Source: Squalus acanthias (Eukaryota). From it: a stretch of DNA of 64,000 bases. Shown one piece after another: positions 50,335 through 62,374 of the stretch. The notes beneath the pieces are model-generated. The model was not told the origin of the DNA, did no database searches, and worked only from the letters and a program-made list of their open reading frames with translations. The position numbers and the translations under genes were made by a program. The stretch spans positions 36,458,001 to 36,522,000 of the forward strand of contig CM059432.1 in assembly GCA_030390025.1 (NCBI GenBank). Direction: 5' to 3'. How positions within the stretch are numbered: position 1 is the stretch's first letter; every line of letters begins with the position of its first letter.

Positions 50335-52556
50335 TTTCAAATAAAACTGTTGGACTATAACCTGGTGTTGTGCGACCTCTCAACCTTTCCTGAATCCAGG
50401 GAGTTTTGGAAAATTACCACCAATGCATCCGCAATCCCTACCGCAACTTCTCTCAAGACCCTAGGATGTAAGCCATCAGGTCCAGGGGATTTATCCGCCT
50501 TAAGTCCCATTATCTTACCGAGTACCATCTCCTTAGTGATTTTAATCGTGTTTAGCTCCTCCCCCCCATAGCCCCTTGTTTGTCCAGTGTTGGGATATTT
50601 TTAGTGTCCTCTACTGTAAAGACTGATACAAAATATTTGTTCAGCGTATTTGCCATCTCCATGTTGCCCACTACTAATTTCCCGGTCTCGTCCTCTAAGG
50701 GACCAACATTCACTTTAGCCACCCTTTTTCTTTTTATATAACTGTTGAAACTCTTGCTATCTGGTTTTTATATTTTTTGCTAGTTTACTTTCATAATCTA
50801 TCTTCCCTTTCTTAATTAATCTTTTAGTTATTCTTTGCTGGTTTTTAAATGCTTCCTAATCTTCTATCCTCCCACTAGATTTGGCTACTTTATATGCCCT
50901 TGTTTTTAGTCGGATACTATCCTTTATTACTTAGCCACGGATGGCTGTCTTTTCTTTTACGCCCCTTTTTCCTCAGTGGAATATATTTTTCTTGAAAGTT
51001 GTGAAATACCTCCTTGAATGTACACCACTGCTCCTGTACCGTCTTACACCTTAATTTATTTTCCCAGTCCACTTTAGTCAACTCTGTTCTCATACCTTCA
51101 TAGTCTCCTTTATTTAGGCTTAGTACGCTGGTTTGAGATCCAACTCTCTCACTCTCCAACTGAATTTGGAATTCAACCATGTTATGGTCACTCATTCCAA
51201 GGGGATCCTTTACTAGGACATTTTTTATTAATCCTGTCTCATTACACAGGACCAGATCTAAGATTGCCTGCCCCCTGGTTGGTTCAGTAACATACTGCTC
51301 AAGGAACCCGTCCCTAATGCACTCTATGAACTCTTCCTCAAGGCTGCCCTGCCCAATTTGATTTGTCCAGTCAATATGAAAGTTAAAATCTCCATGATTA
51401 TAGCTGTTCCCTTATTACAAGCCCCAACTATTTCCTGATTAATACTCCGACCAATTGAGTTGCAACTGTTAGGAGGCCTATAGATTACGCCCACTAGTGA
51501 CTTTTTCCCCTTATTATTCCTTATCTCCACCCAAACTGTTTCACTATCCTGATCCTTTGACCCAATATCATTTCTCACTATTACAGTGATTCCATCCTTT
51601 ATTAACAAAGCCATCCCACCTCCCTTTCCTTCCTGTCTGTCCTTCCTAATAGTCAAATACCCCTGGATGTTTAGTTCCCAGTCATGGTCACCTTGCAGCC
51701 ATGTTTCTGTAATGGCCACCAGATCATACCCATGTGTAGTTATTTGTACCGTCAACTCGTCTATTTTGTTACGAATGCTGCGTGCATTCAGATAAAGAAC
51801 TTTTAAATATGTTTTGTGACAATTTATTCCTGCTTTTACCCCCTTTACTACTTTACCTTTATATATTCTGTCCCTTCCTGACACGCTCTGGTTTTTAATT
51901 ACCCCACTGCTACTTTGCTCTATTGCCTTCTCCGCTGACATTTTTATTTTTTGCTCTCTTGAAACCTCCCCCCCACTAATTAGTTTTCTTCTCCTCCTCT
52001 AGGCAGAGGTGCTGAAGCCAAGTGTAGTAGCTCCCTGTTGTCTGTGGAGGTGCATAGTGTGGTAACCGTTGAGGGAGGATTAGATAAATATTTGAGGGAG
52101 CAGCTGATTTCAGGGTAAAGTTTTTGGGCCTTTCTAGATGTCTAGAGTCTTTTCCAGTCCTCTACTTTTCCATGTTCTTCTGTTCCCAGCTGAGACCAGC
52201 AGAATGAGTGCAGATTGGGGGTTGAATTTTCTGATCTGTATCGCTCCGTACCACGTCATGCAGTAGATTTAACCTCTAAGAAGAAACAAATAACTTAGAT
52301 TTATGTAGCGCCTTCATGACCTCAGGACATCAAAATGCTGTGCAGCCAATGAAGTACTTTTGAACTGTAGTCACTGCTGTAATGTTAAAAAAAAACTAAG
52401 TCACTGGGGTGACCATTAAGAGAACATCTCTTATTCCAAGGTGAAGATCCACTGCACATTGATCTGCTGATATCTGTTGTATTGTTGTGTATGATAATCA
52501 TAATGAATCATCCATATTTTAATAAAAACAAAATTCCCCCCCTCGACAACCTGCAG

Positions 52557-52664
52557 AAGGGCCGACATTTGAAGAAAAGAGAAGCCCAGAATTGGCCCCG
52601 CCTCCTTTCAACGAAATGGCTCCTCCACAAGGACAAATGCTTGATTCCACGTGGCAGACCGCAG
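52557..52664 (+). CDS. Coding exon of host gene (phase 1-1, 108 nt): EGPTFEEKRSPELAPPPFNEMAPPQGQMLDSTWQTA
   Basis: Acceptor ttccccccctcgacaacctgcag, donor CAG|gtataa, open in the phase-1 frame. Confidence 0.75.
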
Positions 52665-53791
52665 GTATAAAGCGGAGAAAATTAGAGTGAACTCTGTGCA
52701 TTTGACTTGCTGTAACAGAACTTGATGGTGTTCAGCTTACTAGTCAAAGTTCCTTGTTTTTTTCAGTTCTTGGAAAAACTCAGTTTCTTAATTTCTCAAC
52801 ACAAGTTATCATCTCTTAACCTTTGATGGCTTCCCCTTGGACCTTCTTCCTCTATCAGTATTCTTAGTCTCACCATCTTGTCTTGCCTCGCCTTACATGG
52901 AGCTCCCACATCGCCTTCATTGTTAAAGCTGTCTCTAAGAAGCTCTGTTCTCTCTTTTGTGCTAAAATGTTATTTTCTCGTCGAGAACTTTTGAAACTCT
53001 TTAAGCCCAAATCTCTCCTAACCTTGATACTGCTGCCATATCTGGGAGTTTCTTCTAGCAACTGTCATACACATCTGAACAACACACAGGGTAAAGCTTG
53101 TCTGTAAGGTGATCCCTCTCACTTCTAGCCTCCAAAGCCATCCCCTGCCCCTATTGCAACCTTGCTTGTCTCTGCCTATTTCATGAGTATTGCTGTATCA
53201 GTGCTCCTTTCCGTGCTTTCCTTTCCTCTTCTTGTTTCAGGCTCTTAAAACCCAAGCTTGGCATCATCTAATCATTGCTCCCTGATTTCCCTCATCTTCC
53301 CTTTCATGTTTGGTGTGTGCATTATAGGGCTTGACCTGTAAACTAGGTTTCTCAGTAATAACTCCACACCCCCACAGAGCTTGTTCTTAAGCACTGATTT
53401 CAAAATGAACATTTTTTTAAACCATTCCCCATCTGTAGCCCTTGGCAGCAGCATTAAAATGCTGGGCCCTCAGTGAGAAGACCAAGGTTGAAGCTCCACC
53501 AACTTTTAAGACACGTATATTAATTTTTGAGAGATCAGAAAAAGACTGTTGAACCCATTTCTATTGTCTGCTTCAACTCTCTTACATGGTAACTTATTCC
53601 ACAACTCTATTACCCTTTAGGTGAAAATGTCCCAGCTGTTTGCTTCTTCATTTCCCTTGAACCCTTTGCCATAATGAACCATTCTGAACTTGTGGTTGTC
53701 TTATGTGGTTTATTTAGCAGAAAGAGTGGCGGGGACAATGGATAGATTGGTGAGCTATTCTCCCATTTTTCACTCCTCCCTCCCAAAGATG

Positions 53792-54410
53792 GACCTGGAA
53801 ATTGCGGTCGGAGGCTTGCCACATACGCCACCGAACCGAAAGAAAACTACATATTTACCTTGTGTCTCCGGAGCTTCGGACTCTTGCGGTCCTGGGCCTA
53901 CAGACGTACACATGCGTAAAGGCCTACGGATCCCAGGGGCGCATGCGGTTCGCAAGCGTCCCTGGGATCACGTGGGCCAGGCCGATCAATGACTATGGGG
54001 GATTCCTATTATGCTTATGGGGATTCCATTTAGGTTTGATCTTTTGAAAAATAAATTTAAACATTTTTAAACGGGACAAAATTTACCTAAACTAATTTTA
54101 AATGTAAATGAATGTTTAAATCATTTTTTTAAATTTATTTTAACATTTATTTTAACCCTTACACTAGTAAAAGAAGGCCTTTCGACTGCTTTTACCAGGC
54201 CATAAGGGTTTTGTGGGTATTCGCTGGGCAGTAGTTGCGCCAGCAAAAGTGAATTTACAGCGGATGCGGTGGATCTGTCCAAGCAAAATTTGACATCGCA
54301 AGTTCTGGGTTTTCGCGCATGTGGAAACCCGGAACTTGCGGGGCCATTCACAGCACTTACGACGGCGTACGCACAGCATACGTTGTCATAGGCCCCATAA
54401 ATTCCGGGCC
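53792..54410. mobile_element. CpG-rich MITE with imperfect short TIRs (PIF/Harbinger-like)
   Basis: Left gacctggaaatt versus reverse complement of right end ggcccggaattt. GC/CpG-rich ends around an AT-rich core. Confidence 0.6.
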
Positions 54411-54848
54411 ATTGTGACTCTGGCTGGGGTGTGACTCCAGAAGCACGAGCATCCCACCAGCACTTCGCCCAAGTGGCCATTCTTCATATATGAGCCTAGA
54501 TTTTGAGTGTCCAGTTATTTGACCGTGGATGTTACTGTAGCAAGCTCAATCTTTCTTCACCCAATACATATGTATGCACACACATTTTCCAGCAAGGTTG
54601 CTGGACTGTGGATGCGAGCGGGGATAGTGACTTTTAAAGAAAATTCCCCTCCCAAGTTCGAGGATGCAGAGGGCAGTTTTAATGCTCAACTGCTGCTAGA
54701 TTACATCCACTTAGCGCAGGCCAAGGATTGAACCTGGGACATCTGGTCTGTACCGCTCAGTACCTCCCAATGACATTCGAAAGAGGGCTCTTGTACAGTC
54801 GCGTTTTACTTTTTCTTTGGCTTACAAACCTTTATTGTACTTGTGCAG

Positions 54849-54959
54849 ATTCCATGCCTGCAGTTACAGCACCCTTAGCATTTGAAGAAGACCTTTGGGT
54901 TAATCAGGAGGAACTAACGAACAGCAGCACCACACTTTCACCAGCAGAGCAGGAATCGA
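54849..54959 (+). CDS. Coding exon of host gene (phase 1-1, 111 nt): DSMPAVTAPLAFEEDLWVNQEELTNSSTTLSPAEQES
   Basis: Acceptor ctttattgtacttgtgcag, donor GA|gtaggt, open frame. Confidence 0.75.
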
Positions 54960-55835
54960 GTAGGTAGAACGAAATTGCAGCAACTTCTACATGTGTTGTT
55001 GACATCTTTTCTGAATCAGTTTTGGGGTGAAAAGCTCTGGAGGCTTTCAAGTGGCTTGAGTTTCCAAATGATTGAAGACTAAGTTCTATGAATTACATGG
55101 TGATTAGTTGGCATTTCAAGGATTTGTGGAACTGACTAGTATAGATCATGAAAATCTCTGGTCTGTGAGTTTTCTGATTTCTGCTGGGGTAACAGTAGGG
55201 ATGCTGCAATTGGTCTCTGCATTTCCGTATATCTGTGCTAAGGAAAGCTGAGATTCATGCTCCTGATGCCCATAGAGTAACTCCTAATGGCAAAAGCGTG
55301 TGTGTGGACGTTGGGTGAGGTTGGGATTGAGTATTGCTGTGATTTTTCTTCAGTGCCCAGTATGTCTGCATACATTTTTTTTAAAGAAAAAGCCTAATTG
55401 TTGTTGATAAACAAGCACCGACCACGGTGTCAGTGACTTGGGGTCTTCAATTTTACATTGTCAGTACAAGAGTAAAGAGACAGGTTAGAAGAAATTTCTT
55501 GATGTAGAGGGTAGTTGGAGCATGGAATGCTTTGCCACGAAAGAAGGTTGAAGCAGAGACCATTGTATATTTTTATGGGAATAGTGGGTAAATATTTGAA
55601 GCAGAAGAAGATACACGGCTAAGGGGAGAGAACAGAGCAGTGGATTTGTTTTGGATTGCTCTAATAGAGAGCTGGCGCGGACACGATGGGCTGAATGGCA
55701 TCGTGCCGTAAACTTCTATATTTTTAATACAAAGTTGGAAATTACATCACTAACTGGCTTTCATTTTTATATGTAATCAGATGTGGACAGAAATGGTTTG
55801 AGATTTGTTTTGTAAATCTGCCACCCTGTTTGTAG

Positions 55836-55955
55836 TTACAGAACCTACAGGAAATCTGTTTGCTGAAGTAAAGCCATCGGAAAAAGAGGCAGCAGGGATG
55901 GAGCTGCCACTGACACCAGCTCGGGAGCACACTGAGTCTGCACAGGAAATAGCAG
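55836..55955 (+). CDS. Coding exon of host gene (phase 1-1, 120 nt; 114 nt if the acceptor at 55842 is used): (I)TEPTGNLFAEVKPSEKEAAGMELPLTPAREHTESAQEIA
   Basis: Acceptor ccaccctgtttgtag (alternative ttacag), donor CAG|gtaggc, open frame. Confidence 0.75.
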
Positions 55956-55999
55956 GTAGGCAGTGAAATTTAACATACAGCATTACTGAAAGCTCACCA

Positions 56000-56340
56000 A
56001 TAGCTTTGTGGGTAAGTACACTGGCCAGTATGCTGCTGAGTCATACATATCAGAAGGACCCTGGTTCAATCCCATATTTGTGCTGAGTTAACTATTCCCA
56101 GCCAGAACAGCAGTTAGAGTTGCAGTTGGTCTCTGCATCCCTGTATTAGGGAGGGTATTCTCAACCAAGGTTCCTGCTCTGATTGTTATCCAGTGACCCC
56201 TGCTGAAAGTGCACGCAGGATCGGGGCTTGGCTGCAATATTCCCACAGTTGATTTTGTCTAAAGGCACTAGCTGCCTAGGCTTACACATGCTGAATGGTC
56301 ACTAGGGCAAGGTATCCCAGCATCACCCATATCCTGAGAA
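56000..56340 (+). mobile_element. Old tRNA-derived SINE family, decayed
   Basis: B-box-like ggttcaatccc followed by gtgctgagttaact...ttcctgctctgatt.ttatccagtgacccctgct. Similar copies near 2550-2900, 8965-9120(-), 37740-38000, 55170-55350 and 58020-58370. Confidence 0.55.
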
Positions 56341-56591
56341 CTGTACCCCAGCAAGGAGTGCTTGCCTTCAGGAGAAGAGGGGGAAATATTTGGAGGGAAT
56401 AAGAGAAATAAAGATATCAGCCAGTTTACTACTAGGGTGAGATAATAAGAGTAGTTCCTTGGTTTATGTGGGTGTGTTGCGCAGGGAATAAAGAATGTTG
56501 TAAAAGGCAACAGGCCCAGTTGAAACAGTGCATTCAGTTTATTTTACTGTATTTTTTTTTTCTAATATAGTTAGAGAACTTGCTATTACTG

Positions 56592-56920
56592 TAAGGTATG
56601 GTGGGTTAGTAGTTATGATACTGAACCAGCAACCCTGCGATCATGAGTTCAAATCCCACCATGGCAAATTGTAGGATTGAATGCAATTTTAAATCTGGTA
56701 ATTTGTGGGTTGGCATCAGAAAATTGATGATAAAAGCTGCTGGATTGTTGTGACAACCCAACTTTTTCGCTAATGTCCTGAAAGGAAGGAAACTTGCCAC
56801 CCCTACCCAGTCTGGTCTGCATGTGGCTTCAGGCACACAATAGGTTGACTCTCGGTGCCCTCTCCATCACCTTCTTAGGGCAATAAATGTGGCCTTGCCA
56901 GCATCTTGAGAACAAAATAA
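56592..56920 (+). mobile_element. SINE-like derivative of the family-B LINE
   Basis: gagttcaaatcccacc head, gctaatgtcc..aaggaaggaaac body and caccttcttagggcaataaatg tail, as in 36178-36569. Confidence 0.65.
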
Positions 56921-57903
56921 AGATAGAAGCTCCTTGTATCATCCATCAATAAAATAATTTCTAACATCACTTATGGACTAATCGTGATACATAGGCTCCC
57001 CTTCCATACCCTAGCTTAATTGTCCATCCACAACCAGTATGGTACTTCCGACAAATAGAAAACTTGAACACTAAGTTTCTGTATGTTACACAAAATAACG
57101 CACTCTGGAGTCTGTTATAAGGCAGTAACCAGTGCTTCTGATGGTTGAGGTGATATTGATAAAACTGCTCGATCTTTGATCCTAGTAGCACCCCTATTTT
57201 ACCTCCCCCCGCCCCCTCCCCCCCAAATCTATGATAGCACACTGCGATGCTCTATATAATAATTGATTTAGTGACTCAAGCCTTGTGCATTGCAACCTTA
57301 GAATCCTTGCTGAAGGCAAGTGTAACATGAGGCTTGCTGTCACTTTTAAATTGATGATTTATGGCCACTGCTCACAAATGCAAGGGAAGCAGTTCTGCTG
57401 CTTGACAGGATCCGATCAAGGCGACAATATTTAGAGGGGAAAGAAACCATTTTTACTAAGCTTGCTGGGCCCAATGGCTTTCTCTTGTTCCTGTAAATGG
57501 CAATTACAGAACTTTTTTTTTGTACTGTATAAGAGATTGGTTAGGGAGAAGTTTCCCTTTTTGGGGGAAGGGGTGGCGGGGGATATGGGGAAATGGGTGG
57601 TGAGGGTTCCACTATCTGGAAGGCAGGCTAGTTGCAGAGATCTGACATTTTGGATGTATTTTAAGGTGAAATACAGATGAGAAAGCAAACTGTTGCAGTA
57701 AGATCGTAGTTTTTCCACTGTGGGCTGCCTGTTTCCTTGGCTTCCAACAAGCCTCGTCATTAAGCTGAACAATGGGGTGATTTTAATGCAAACACTCCTC
57801 TTGTCAAAACATTCATTGTTCATGTTTCTGTTTAGCTCAGTCTGAGTTGCATTAACACTTTATCCTAGTGTTCTTTTAAAGCAACTTTTAAACAAATCTG
57901 CAG

Positions 57904-57984
57904 CAGAACTGGTTGATCTGACTTTCTCTAACGGATCCTTGCAGTCACCAAATAGTGAGGGTTGTTTCACGGAACACATGCACG
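57904..57984 (+). CDS. Probable coding exon of host gene (phase 1-1, 81 nt): AELVDLTFSNGSLQSPNSEGCFTEHMH
   Basis: NAGNAG acceptor ctgcagcag with a weak pyrimidine tract, donor G|gtgggt, open frame. Confidence 0.55.
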
Positions 57985-58979
57985 GTGGGTTCAGTTGGCG
58001 AATGCACAACGTGGTGTAATATTAAGCCATGCAGACTGAGGTGGTCCCTAGTATTATTGAGTTAACTAACTACAGCAAGGCCTGCAGCAGGGCCAATAGA
58101 ATGGCCTTAGCTTCCTGGAGGGAAAAAATCGACCATGGTTCTTCCCCCTCCTCCTCCTCCTCATTACTATAAAGCTATTACGTGCAGGTGTAGATGCCTG
58201 GTGAGGACAGATGGAGCATGGCTGTGATGCTTTCTGCAGTCACATAGCCCACCAACACTGTTGACCGTACACACGTGAATAATGGCTACGTGGACCAGTA
58301 TTGGAACGCTGCCAGTGTTTGAAATGATCCTCAGCAGGACTCAACCTCTCAAGGGAGTCATGAGAAAATTGTTAGGGGGAGGGGGGGAAGAGGTCATATG
58401 CTTGTGGTGCAGTGTGTTGGTGTTACAATATGCTGTGCCAATGAATGGCGATTGAAGAGTGAAATCTGCAAGTTACTCGCCTGGCCATGCAGTCAGCAGT
58501 TTCAGAACATGGACTGGGCATTGCTGCACCGCAGGAAGGATGGGGAAATCAATGGGCACTGGTGTGCCACTTTGAAGCCAGGGGCAAGAGCACATCTGGC
58601 AAGTGTCACTGATGAGGAGTGACAATCACTCATTTTGTTTTTAAAATGTGACCTGTTTAGATGAGTGCCTGTCTGTGCTTTAAATTAATTTGCAATATGT
58701 CTCACTCTTCCTATTTGCTTGATAATGGCTTGATGAGGTAAGGAGTAGATGTCAAGGTAGTTTAATTTCTGTCATCGACTAGGAACCGGTGTATAAAGCA
58801 GAAATAAAAATTGGAGGGAGCAGGGAAATAGGTTTTAGTCAGCTTTTATGCTCTTTTTATCTCCCCTGTCCCACCTTCCCCTGAATGGATGGTAGGTTTG
58901 TTGCATCCTGGTGTGACACTATGCCTTAAAAACCAGAAGGCTTCTGGATTGTTCCACTGAATGGCCCAGTGGGCAAATG

Positions 58980-61400
58980 CATTACATAGAAGTTACAACA
59001 CAAACAGTTCATTCAGCCCAACCAGTCTGTGTTGTTTACCCTTCACATTTACCTACCCCACTCCCATATCCCTTTATCCCCATTTCCTTCATCTACATAT
59101 CCAATCTAATCTTGAATGTTGACATAGTTTCTGCCTCAACCACTAACCCTGGAATTCCACAGCCTCACAACTCTCTGTGAAGAAGTTTCTCTTGCTCTCT
59201 GTTCTAAAACTTAATTTTGTATCTGTGCCCCTTCTACATAGGATTACATTACATAGGATATACGGCACAGAAACAGGCCATTTGGCCCAACCAGTCCATG
59301 CTGGCGTTTATGCTCCACATGAGCCTCCTCCTGTCTTTCCTCATCTAAATCTATCAGCGTAACCCTCTATTCCCTTTTCCTTCATATGCTTGTCTAGCCT
59401 CCCCTTAAATGCATCTATACTATTCGCTTCAACTGCTCTCTGTGGTAGCGAGTTCCACATTCTCACCACTCTTTGGGTAAAGAAGTTTCTTCTGAATTCC
59501 CTATTGGATTTCTTGGTGACTATTTTATATTGTCAAATTTTTTGTCTTAAAATACTCCTGTGCAGCGCCTTGGGACGTTTTACTATGTTAAAGGCACTAT
59601 ATAAATACAAGTTGTTGTTCTTGTTGATGACCTCTAGTTATGCTCTTCCCCACAAGTGGAAACATTCTCTCTGTATCCACTCTCTCAAAATTTTTCATAA
59701 TTTTAAAGACCTCTATTAGGTCTTTCAAGAGAAAAGAAACCCAGCCTGTTCATCCTTTCCTGATATATATACCCTCGCATTTCTGGTATCCTTGTAAATC
59801 TTCTCTGCACCCTCTCCAGTGTGCCTCTATCCTTTTTATAATATGGCGACCAGAATTGTACGCAGTACTCCGTGTGGTCTAACCAAGGTTCGATACAGGT
59901 TTAGCATAACTTTCCTACTTTTCAATTCTATATCTCTAGAAATAAACCCTACTGCTTGGTTTGCTTTTCTTATGGCCTTGCTAATCTGTGTCGCAACTTT
60001 TAGTGATGTGTATTTGTACTCCGAGATCACTTTGTTCCTCTACCCCACCTAGACTCGCACCCTCCAAGTGATGTGACCTCCCTATTCTTCCTACCAACAT
60101 GTAATACCTCACATTTATCTGTGTTGAACTTCATTTGCCAATTATATGCCCATTCTGCAAGTTTATTAATGTCCTCCTGTAATTTGTTGCAGTCCTCCTC
60201 AGTATTGACTATTCCCACCCCCCAAATTTGGTGTCATCCGCAAATTTAGAAATTGTGTTTTTGATTCCAAAGTCTAAATCGTTAATGTGAATTGTGAACA
60301 GCAGTGGTCCCAGCACTGATCCTTGTGGAACACCACTACCCACCTTCTGCCACTATGAATAGCTACCCTTTACTCCTACTTTTTGCTTTCTGTCCTGAAG
60401 CCAGCCAGCAATCCATTCTGCTACTTGTCCCCTAACTCCGCATTCTCTGACCTTGTTCAGTAGTCTATTATGGGGTACCTTATCGAAGGCCTTTTGAAAA
60501 TCCAGATAAATTACATCTACTGCATTACCATTGTCTACTCTCTCTGTTACCTCTTCAAAAAATTCAATGAGCTTGGTCAAGCAAGACTTTCCCTTTTGAA
60601 ATCCATGCTGACTATTCATTATTATATTTTTGGTTTCTAGATGTTCTTCTATTTTCTCCTTTAGCGGGGATTCCATTATTTTTCCTACCACCGATGTTAA
60701 GCTGACTGGTCTATAATTCCCTGGACATGTTCTATCCCCCATTCTTAAATATCGGTATTACGTTAGCTATCCGCCAGTCCTCTGGTACTACACCTTTTTC
60801 TAACAAATTATTAAATATGCGTAATAATGCCTCTGCTATCTCTTCCCTAGATTCTTTTAAAATGCGTCGATGCAATCCATCCGGACCAGGGGTTTTATCC
60901 TCTGAGCTTGATTAGTTTATTTAATATATTCCCTTTTTTTATTTTAAATGCACTTATCTCATTACTAATCTTATCATCCACTATCATGTCCATCTGTTCT
61001 ATCTCCTTGGTAAATACTGAAACAAAATAATTATTTAATATTTCTGCCATCTCTCTATCGTTACCTATGGTATTATCCTGTCTATCCCTTAATGGCCCTA
61101 TTCCCATCCCAACCTTCCTTTTTTTAATGATGTGCCTATAAAATATTTTACTATTTTTGTTTTATGTTCCTTGATAATTTAATTTCATAGTTCCTCTTTG
61201 CCTCCCTAATTGTTTTTTTGACTTCTCTCCTAATCTTTTTGCATTTTCCCTTATCATGCACTCCCCTGTTGTCTGTGTACTTAATGTATGCCTCTTTCCT
61301 TACCCTCAATTGTTCCCTTATGGCTTTATTCATCCATGGAGTCTCATTATTGTTTAGTTGTTTAGACCCTTTAAATACTAGAAAGAGTCTGCTGCTATCT
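58980..61400 (-). mobile_element. CR1 LINE ORF2 fragment with nested tails, including an L2 tail at ~59531-59620
   Basis: 60353-60742 NYRPVSLTSVVGK...YLDFQKAFDKVPH; 60027-60218 WQMKFN.DKCEVLH. Confidence 0.88.
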
Positions 61401-62374
61401 ACCCTGTTCCATCTATTCCTAATTTTAAACACTTAGATTATATTGCCCCATAATCTGCGATAATGACCAAATAATATGTTTTTAGTGATGATCGTTGAGG
61501 GATAAATATTGGCCAGGACACTGGGGAACTCCTAGATTAGTGCTCAAATCTCGAGTGGGACTTGAACCCACAACCTTCTGGCTACCACAAACCATGGCTA
61601 ACACCATCGTGTTAGGAGATTGTGGGTTCAAGCCCCACTCCAGAGACTTGAGCACATAACCTAAGCTGACAATTCAGTACAGTACTGAAGTGCTGCACAG
61701 TTGGTGGTTCCGTCTTTTGGATGAGATGTTAAACCGTCTGCCCTCTTGGATGGGCGTAAAAGATCCCACGGCACTGAGAGCGAGCCCTGGACAGAGAAGT
61801 GGGACATGGCATCAAGGAAGAGAGGGCAAAGACATTCTAGGGAAGAGAAGCACAGGGCATCTACATCATGTCTTGCTAGACCAGCTTCTAGGTATGCAAT
61901 TGTAGCCAAAAAAAATCCCAGCTTACCCCACCAGCAGTCAACCTCAAACCCACAGCATTTGAACGAGTCAGCGATACCTTTAAACCAAATCAGTTATTGT
62001 GACTTAAGTGAACGTTAAAGATCTTATGGCACTATTCCAAGATGTACAAAGAGTTCTCCTGCGAGCATCGCTCCTTCAACCACCACCACTAAACACATAT
62101 TTACCCACTGAACAGTGACTACATTTCAAAGTAATTCATTGTATGCAAACTGCTGAGATTTTTGATATATAGATACTGCAAGTCTTAAGATTTTTTTCAT
62201 CATATTATATCTTTTTAAATATGACCAGTAAATAATACTGTGCATTTCTGTGAAAGTCTAGATAATTCCAGTAATTTGAAGAATAGCAAGCTCTTTGAGG
62301 CAGTCTTATTATACCAAGATGCAATCCAAAGACTTTGTTTATAGATTCAGCAATGTGGAAGCAAAACCAACATA

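Larger units (their letters stand above)
49529..50383. mobile_element. Palindromic non-coding Penelope pLTR or retrozyme-like insertion
   Basis: Arms 49564-49971 and 49976-50383 (408 bp each) are reverse complements around a 4-nt loop. TSD acctttcctgaa at 49517-49528 and 50383-50394. Confidence 0.92.
48050..51985 (-). mobile_element. CR1 LINE ORF2 (APE to 3' tail), split by the palindromic insertion
   Basis: 51324-51941 APE (YLNARSIRNK, AITETWL, YRPPN); 49192-49422 and 48615-49166 RT; 48147-48666 C-terminus. Confidence 0.92.

Noticed and set aside
49564..50383. Palindrome as a pure sequencing fold-back artefact or a foldback DNA transposon
   Set aside because: The host CR1 resumes collinearly after a 12-bp TSD, the ends are asymmetric by 35 nt, and the arms carry Penelope-type hammerhead and poly(A) motifs. 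Read-level confirmation is still advisable.
54849..54959. Assignment of the host gene to MAPT, MAP4, drebrin or amphiphysin
   Set aside because: Only a few residues resemble these proteins (for example VTAPL in tau). No diagnostic domain lies in the window, so no symbol is given.
58500..58598. Possible phase-1 exon with a GC donor (G|gcaagt)
   Set aside because: No pyrimidine tract at the acceptor and a non-canonical donor; cannot be supported without transcripts.
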